Source: Opitutia bacterium (lineage in GTDB: Bacteria; Verrucomicrobiota; Verrucomicrobiia; Opitutales; Seribacteraceae). From it: DNA of 37,851 nucleotides. The notes below the pieces were generated by a model. It saw nothing but the letters and a program-made list of their open reading frames with translations, did not search any database and had not been told where the DNA came from. Positions 33,409 to 37,851 of the stretch are shown here, piece by piece (position 1 is the stretch's first letter; each line of letters begins with the position of its first letter). Location: contig JABHOU010000189.1 in the NCBI GenBank assembly GCA_018695085.1, forward strand, positions 1 to 37,851. Direction: 5' to 3'. Made by a program: the position numbers and the translations under genes.

Positions 33409-33620
33409 AACAGCTCTTTCCTGTCGGACCACATTAGCGATCAAAGGTTTCATCTACGGGCAAGTTGTAAGGAGTTAATTAAGTGGAGATCGACTCTTCG
33501 GGCTTGTTAATTCCTACCTTTTATGGAACAGTTTTAGAACTGCGGGGTCAACTTCCAAAATAGAAACCTTTTCTAAGGAAAAATGGTTTTTATGTATCCT
33601 CTGCACATTTTCAGGCACCA

Positions 33621-34934
33621 TCATTTGTCGTCAAGTGGCAGAGAAAGCCATTCTCGCTGAAGTTCGGGGGGATCGATTGCTTGCTTTTCAAAATGAACTC
33701 GAGATTTAGCAATGTCTATTTCCAAAATTTTGTAATCCCTAAGGGCGAGCCGAAAGCTATCTCCTGTCGCATTTTGTTCAAAAGTGAACTTTTCTGCGGG
33801 AACATCCTTTGAGGCGGACTCCACTACAATACGATACTGTCCAGCGTGAGTTTCGTTCATAAAACTGTTAATTTCAAATGGTTTCACGAGCAACCGAAAA
33901 TCTTTGACCATTGCCCTTCCAACTGGGCGAATTCCGCCTGTTTTGGGATCTCGTACCTGTTGAACGGCAAACGCATTCACGATAATCATTTTGTCGGGGT
34001 CTTCAGTATTGGTTTGTAGCAAGGAGGGCGTACCTGGTTTGTAATTGCGGTTTTCCTTGTATGGGACTCCAACCTGCAGACGGTTGCGAACATATCGACC
34101 CGACCCCGCGGGAAACTCATAAAGTAGATCTTCAAGATATGGGGTTTCTCCAATCCAACTACGAATTCGAAACCTGTAGGAAACTTTCTCGAATGCGACA
34201 AGGCGCAGGCCAAACTCCTCTGGTGGTTTTTCTGGTTTCGCCTCTTCGGGCAAACTGGTTTCGAGACGACCGTTTACAACATAAAGGACAGGGGGCGTAA
34301 AAAGGTCGTAGTTAGGTTCTCCCTCCTTTGGGGAAGAAGCCTCAATCCATTTGCCACCACTTGCTGACTCGCTTTTTTCGGCAACATCTCCTCTTTTTTG
34401 GTAAGTCGCTATAACAAAGTCGCCACCAGACTCCCCTTCATTGTCATTTTCCGAAGCGATGGTTAGCATTGTAGAACCCCAAAGCTGTTCCAATTCCGCG
34501 ATCCGAACATCTTGATCCCCCTCCTTCGTTCTTACAGACAGTAAGCCCGTTGCAAAACGCCATTCACGATTTAATTCTTTTGCCCCTGACTGCTTGATTT
34601 TTCCTGAAATGGTTTTTCCACTGGAAAGCAGAAGCGCGACATCGGTATAGTCTTCTGGAAAAAGGATGGTTTCTACAGTAAAGTTCCCGTTAAAAAAATC
34701 AGGTTCGGCTCCATCTATAATTACGAGCTCTCCAGGCATCAAGCCATGTGGGGTTTTCGTTTCCAGAGTAATTGTTTTCGATTCTTGCGAAAGGGTTGCC
34801 CCGTTCTGCCCCAAAAATGATTTCGATTCACGACGATTATCTCTCAGCAGGGAAAGCAAGGCAAAGATCACAAGGCATAGTAATGATATGCCCACCGCAA
34901 GCTTTTCGTAGTTTGCTCCCAGAAATTTTTTCAC
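33621..34934 (-). CDS. Bitopic membrane protein of unknown function in the PilP/PilO position of the cluster
   Basis: 437 aa, GTG start at 34934-34932, 5 nt after the stop of the upstream gene. It has one N-terminal TM helix (LAVGISLLCLVIFALLSLL) and a beta-rich periplasmic part. I recognise no family motif. The YDLFTPP segment faintly recalls the DPFxP motif of PilP-type proteins. Confidence 0.75.
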   Translation of the reverse strand: MKKFLGANYEKLAVGISLLCLVIFALLSLLRDNRRESKSFLGQNGATLSQESKTITLETKTPHGLMPGELVIIDGAEPDFFNGNFTVETILFPEDYTDVALLLSSGKTISGKIKQSGAKELNREWRFATGLLSVRTKEGDQDVRIAELEQLWGSTMLTIASENDNEGESGGDFVIATYQKRGDVAEKSESASGGKWIEASSPKEGEPNYDLFTPPVLYVVNGRLETSLPEEAKPEKPPEEFGLRLVAFEKVSYRFRIRSWIGETPYLEDLLYEFPAGSGRYVRNRLQVGVPYKENRNYKPGTPSLLQTNTEDPDKMIIVNAFAVQQVRDPKTGGIRPVGRAMVKDFRLLVKPFEINSFMNETHAGQYRIVVESASKDVPAEKFTFEQNATGDSFRLALRDYKILEIDIAKSRVHFEKQAIDPPELQREWLSLPLDDK

Positions 34935-34939
34935 GAGGA

Positions 34940-36175
34940 TTATTTGCTGCCGAAAGCTTGTTTAAGAAAATATTTTGAATCTCGGTCTGACCCCAATACT
35001 GTTAACAAATCCGAAATGGAGGATGAAGGGGGTGGACTCCATGGATAATGACGCCGAAGGAAGGCCTTTAGCTTCTCGTCGGTTTCCGCTCCCTCCTCGA
35101 TGTCATCTATGCCCAAAGTGCATTCTGCAAGTAGATTATTAGAGCATAGAGGCTTTATTAAATCCAAGTCTGCATGAACTGACAAAACATATTCTACTAA
35201 AATGGTGAACCGGGAGCCCACATCCTTGATAATCGGCAGAGTTTTTGAATTTACCGCAATATTGTTGGAGTTGGGAGCAAAGGGGCTATTGGTACTTGAG
35301 TTGTTGTTTGCCGTAAAACTGGAAGAGCTATTTTCCAATCGCCTTACTGAGATATCGCGAACAAGAAAAGGATATTGAAGGCTGTTTAAAAAAGTGCGGA
35401 GAGCACTTGTCCGTGCCAGAAAATTTATTTCAAAGGCATAAGTCTCTATAGTGCCTTCCCGCTTGGCAAGAACATTGGCTATCGAATCCACGCTCAAGGC
35501 TTCGTCGGCAATACGCTGACGGTCGACATCTCCGACGGGCTCACGGCGAATGCCCAGCAACTCCATGGGCTCGCCATTCTGTTTGGCTTTAAAAAGAGTT
35601 AGCAAAAGCTTTTCAGAAATTAGCTTTTGCCTAAGAAGTTCCCGAGCTTCATTGTCAGAAATACTTGGCCAAGAACCATCGTATCCTGCGAACCCGAAGC
35701 CCTCTCGATCCTCTCCTGAAGAAATTTCTTCACTCGGGAACAATCCTCCGAATTCGCTTGTGCCCGTTTTCGGTGCCCCTTTAATTTTTACGCTATATTC
35801 GCCTGCTGCCTTACGGTAGAGATCCAGAAAACGAGAAATTTCCGCATTCACATCATCGGATGCCTTCTTTTCGACACCTGCAAAGACATCATCTCTTCCC
35901 AAAATCTCCCTCCATTTCTTGAGTTCACGAGCTCGTTCAGCCAAAAGGTTTTTATTGTCCCCTCGAGCCAAGTTCAGGTTGGCCTCGATCCATCCAAACC
36001 CCGCTCCGTCATCAATTTCTTTAGCCAAATTTCGGTCGAGTGCCTCTATGTCTCCCAAAACCTCATTCAAATCACTAGAATGGTTGCATGACAACAATAA
36101 CAAAGATGCAAAAATTCCTCCTGCTAAAATAGCAAAGGATATAAAGTAAAGGTTTACCCTTAGGAAAGTTTTCAT
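34940..36175 (-). CDS. Putative lipoprotein, Amuc_1100-like (PilO/PilN-fold family linked to verrucomicrobial type IV pilus-like clusters)
   Basis: The track start at 36178 is a TTG and an ATG follows immediately at 36175. The signal peptide has a lipobox, FASLLLLSC (Cys codon 36088-36086). Two segments resemble my recollection of Akkermansia Amuc_1100. First, GFGFAGYDGSWPSISDNEARELLRQKL here versus WLGFQVYSTQAPSVQAASTLGFELKAI. Second, ETYAFEINFLARTSALRTFLNSLQYPFLVRDISVRRLEN here versus PLEIAFQGDRESVLKAMNAITGMQDYLFTVNSIRIRNER. The comparison is from memory and was not searched. Confidence 0.55.
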   Translation of the reverse strand: MKTFLRVNLYFISFAILAGGIFASLLLLSCNHSSDLNEVLGDIEALDRNLAKEIDDGAGFGWIEANLNLARGDNKNLLAERARELKKWREILGRDDVFAGVEKKASDDVNAEISRFLDLYRKAAGEYSVKIKGAPKTGTSEFGGLFPSEEISSGEDREGFGFAGYDGSWPSISDNEARELLRQKLISEKLLLTLFKAKQNGEPMELLGIRREPVGDVDRQRIADEALSVDSIANVLAKREGTIETYAFEINFLARTSALRTFLNSLQYPFLVRDISVRRLENSSSSFTANNNSSTNSPFAPNSNNIAVNSKTLPIIKDVGSRFTILVEYVLSVHADLDLIKPLCSNNLLAECTLGIDDIEEGAETDEKLKAFLRRHYPWSPPPSSSISDLLTVLGSDRDSKYFLKQAFGSK

Positions 36176-36203
36176 CAAGACATGAGAAGCGGAAAGTTTG
36201 ACA

Positions 36204-37851
36204 CTATAAGGAACGTTCCCCTTTCAATTCGATTTCGTAGTGAAAATAAGTATAGAAACGGTTGAAGAGGTCTCCTCTTCCTTCGGTTTCGAATTGCTTT
36301 TTTAAAATCTTTTCAGCGAAATCGCACCGCTCAAGGCTTTCCGTAAGAGCCTTTTGGTGGGCACTGTTGAGCTGAATTAAGTTTTCTCGGCGCGATTCGG
36401 TTTCCAAATCGCGGACAAGAAAGCGACCGTTAAGGACAAGCACGCGATTCGGTTTTAAGTTTTGGTTGTCAATCGCTCGCTGACGACCGGGCTTTTTGGT
36501 GCCTCGTGCTTCTCGTTGGACATAAAGTTCGTCAAGCCAAACCTCGCGGGCTTCATTAATTATCAATGCCTGCAAATCAGCCAACAACAGACGCCAATTG
36601 TCAGCCCCAGAGCTTACGGCTTGCAGCGACGAAAGTTCTTTGTCTATCGCTCTCGCAAAATGGTCAAGGGCAACCAAGCCCTCTTGCTTTTCTACCTGTT
36701 CTGAAACTTCCAGTTGTTTTTGGCGTAACTGTCCTTTTTTTTCGGCAAGCGTTTGTTTGGCTTGAGAAAACTCTGCCATCGTCCCAATAACAGACGGAAG
36801 CGGAACAAGCGAAAGAATAACTGCTGCTGCAGCCAACCACCAACGCTTTTTGCGGATGGTCATATTGGCCAGCTTGTCTTTGGGTAGCAAATTTATGCCA
36901 CGATAGGATGATGTCTCTCCCACCGCAAAAACTCGACAAGCCTCTCCTACTACTTCGCTCAAAATAAATGGCAATTGTGGTAGTATTTCAGGGTCTATCT
37001 TAGGTCCTATTTTAACGGCACGCAAAGGATCAAAATAGTCTACCGCCAAAGCCTGTTTTTGACTTAAATATTCAGGAAGACCCGGCAGCAAGGAACCCTT
37101 TCCGCAGAGAAAAACTCTGGTCGGTGACTTGCCTTTCTTTAGGCGTTTGTAAGTAACAACGGAGCGAGTTACCTCTTGGCTCAAGCGAGCTTTGAATTGT
37201 TCGGCATTTTTCTCGAGAACCTGCACGGCGGGATCATCGGAAGAGAAAGCTACCTCGCCGGAAAAAAAAGATCGCTTTACTTGTTCCGCCTTTGCAAAAG
37301 GCACCCCTATGCTATCGGCGACATGCTGGGTTAGTGAGTTGCCACCAAGAGCAATATTGCGTATGAGAAAGCCCTCTGGATTTATGAAAAGAAGATTTGT
37401 GGACTTGGCCCCAATGTTAATTACAAGTGTCTCCTCGCCCCTCATTTCCAGCAGAGAAAGCCTTAGTGCATTGTAGTCGAGTATGGAGGCTGCGCTCAAT
37501 TCGACGGGATTGAGACCCAACGCATCGACTTTTTCGCAAAAGGATTCCGCGATCGCAGGGCGAACGGCTATGGCAAGAACCTCCTGCTCCACCCCATCAT
37601 CCTCAACGACCTGATAGTCCCAAATTAATTCGGCCAAAGGATATGGCATCTTTTGCTGCAACTCGAAGGCAACTATTTGTCGCTGTTTGCTCTCCTCTAC
37701 ACGAGGTGCTCGAATCGTTTTCGTAAGCAAAAGACTGCCTGGCAAAATGAAATGGGCCTCTCCCTTGCCAATTCCGTGGCCAACGAGTTTTTCAAGGCCA
37801 TCGGCAAGTGCGTCAAGCCATAGACTTTCGTTGGAGTAGTCGTATTGCAGA
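36204..37851 (-). CDS. pilM: Type IV pilus assembly protein PilM fused to a PilN-like module; 5' end lies outside the window
   Basis: The reading frame stays open upstream of the track start (a TTG at 37745) to the window edge (...LQYDYSNESLWLDALADGLEKLVGHGIGKGEAHFILPGS...). The PilM actin-like/FtsA-like part includes QRQIVAFELQQKMPYPLAELIWDYQV, LVINIGAKSTNLLF, ALGGNSLTQHVA and VFLCGKGSLLPGL. It is followed by the PilN signature GINLLPKDK, a TM helix WWLAAAAVILSLVPLPSVIG (about 36790-36860), a coiled coil and an alpha/beta C-terminal domain. Confidence 0.85.
   Translation of the reverse strand, partial: LQYDYSNESLWLDALADGLEKLVGHGIGKGEAHFILPGSLLLTKTIRAPRVEESKQRQIVAFELQQKMPYPLAELIWDYQVVEDDGVEQEVLAIAVRPAIAESFCEKVDALGLNPVELSAASILDYNALRLSLLEMRGEETLVINIGAKSTNLLFINPEGFLIRNIALGGNSLTQHVADSIGVPFAKAEQVKRSFFSGEVAFSSDDPAVQVLEKNAEQFKARLSQEVTRSVVTYKRLKKGKSPTRVFLCGKGSLLPGLPEYLSQKQALAVDYFDPLRAVKIGPKIDPEILPQLPFILSEVVGEACRVFAVGETSSYRGINLLPKDKLANMTIRKKRWWLAAAAVILSLVPLPSVIGTMAEFSQAKQTLAEKKGQLRQKQLEVSEQVEKQEGLVALDHFARAIDKELSSLQAVSSGADNWRLLLADLQALIINEAREVWLDELYVQREARGTKKPGRQRAIDNQNLKPNRVLVLNGRFLVRDLETESRRENLIQLNSAHQKALTESLERCDFAEKILKKQFETEGRGDLFNRFYTYFHYEIELKGERSL

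Noticed and set aside
33564-33589. An imperfect hairpin, AAACCUUUU / AAAA(U)GGUUU, considered as a terminator between the orphan gene and the secretin
   Set aside because: The stem is almost entirely A-U with a bulge, and the downstream U tract is short (CUAUUUUGG). It is too weak to call a terminator.
1-37851. A search by eye for tRNA or rRNA genes, CRISPR arrays, IS elements or inverted repeats, integrases, toxin-antitoxin pairs or classic defence genes
   Set aside because: None was found. All intergenic gaps are 212 nt or shorter and lack tRNA-like T-loop motifs or direct-repeat/spacer periodicity. No transposase- or recombinase-like translation appears in the ORF track.

Overview
This 37.9-kb window has mid-range GC by eye. 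It most likely comes from a PVC-superphylum bacterium, best guess Verrucomicrobiota; that is inferred from gene content and was not searched. All domain calls were made by eye from motifs, with no database search. Only the first 1.8 kb is on the + strand: the 3' part of an unknown gene, then hisF. Everything from 37851 down to 1828 is one co-directional minus-strand gene string with short gaps (4 to about 210 nt). In transcription order it contains: (a) a 5'-partial PilM-PilN fusion; (b) a lipoprotein resembling Akkermansia Amuc_1100; (c) a bitopic orphan protein in the PilP position; (d) an unusually long secretin (1249 aa) with Pro-rich, TPR-like and Gly-rich additions; (e) a 4390-aa N-terminally anchored giant protein with C-type lectin, metzincin HExxHxxGxxH, PKD-like, two LamG, CBM5/12-like, TSP3-like, DUF5011-like Ig and cadherin-like parts; (f) a 3857-aa secreted giant protein with PD40 propeller blades, more than 10 Ig-like modules and a Q/N/G/F low-complexity domain; (g) two GT4 glycosyltransferases; (h) an exported WCPPC thioredoxin-like protein. 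No tRNA, rRNA, CRISPR array, IS element or integrase was seen. Main hunt results: (1) the 4390-aa protein is saturated with the extended bacterial N-glycosylation sequon D/E-X-N-X-S/T, at roughly four fifths of about 74 N-X-S/T sites by hand count; (2) a type IV pilus-like secretin module is joined in one gene string to two giant proteins and GT4 genes, with no pilin or ATPase gene in the window; (3) both giants end in a shared Trp-rich C-terminal module that could be a sorting or anchoring signal; (4) both giants share an uncharacterised GxGY / GGGGxGA tandem repeat; (5) the 3857-aa giant has a prion-like Q/N/Gly-Phe domain encoded partly by a trinucleotide microsatellite.
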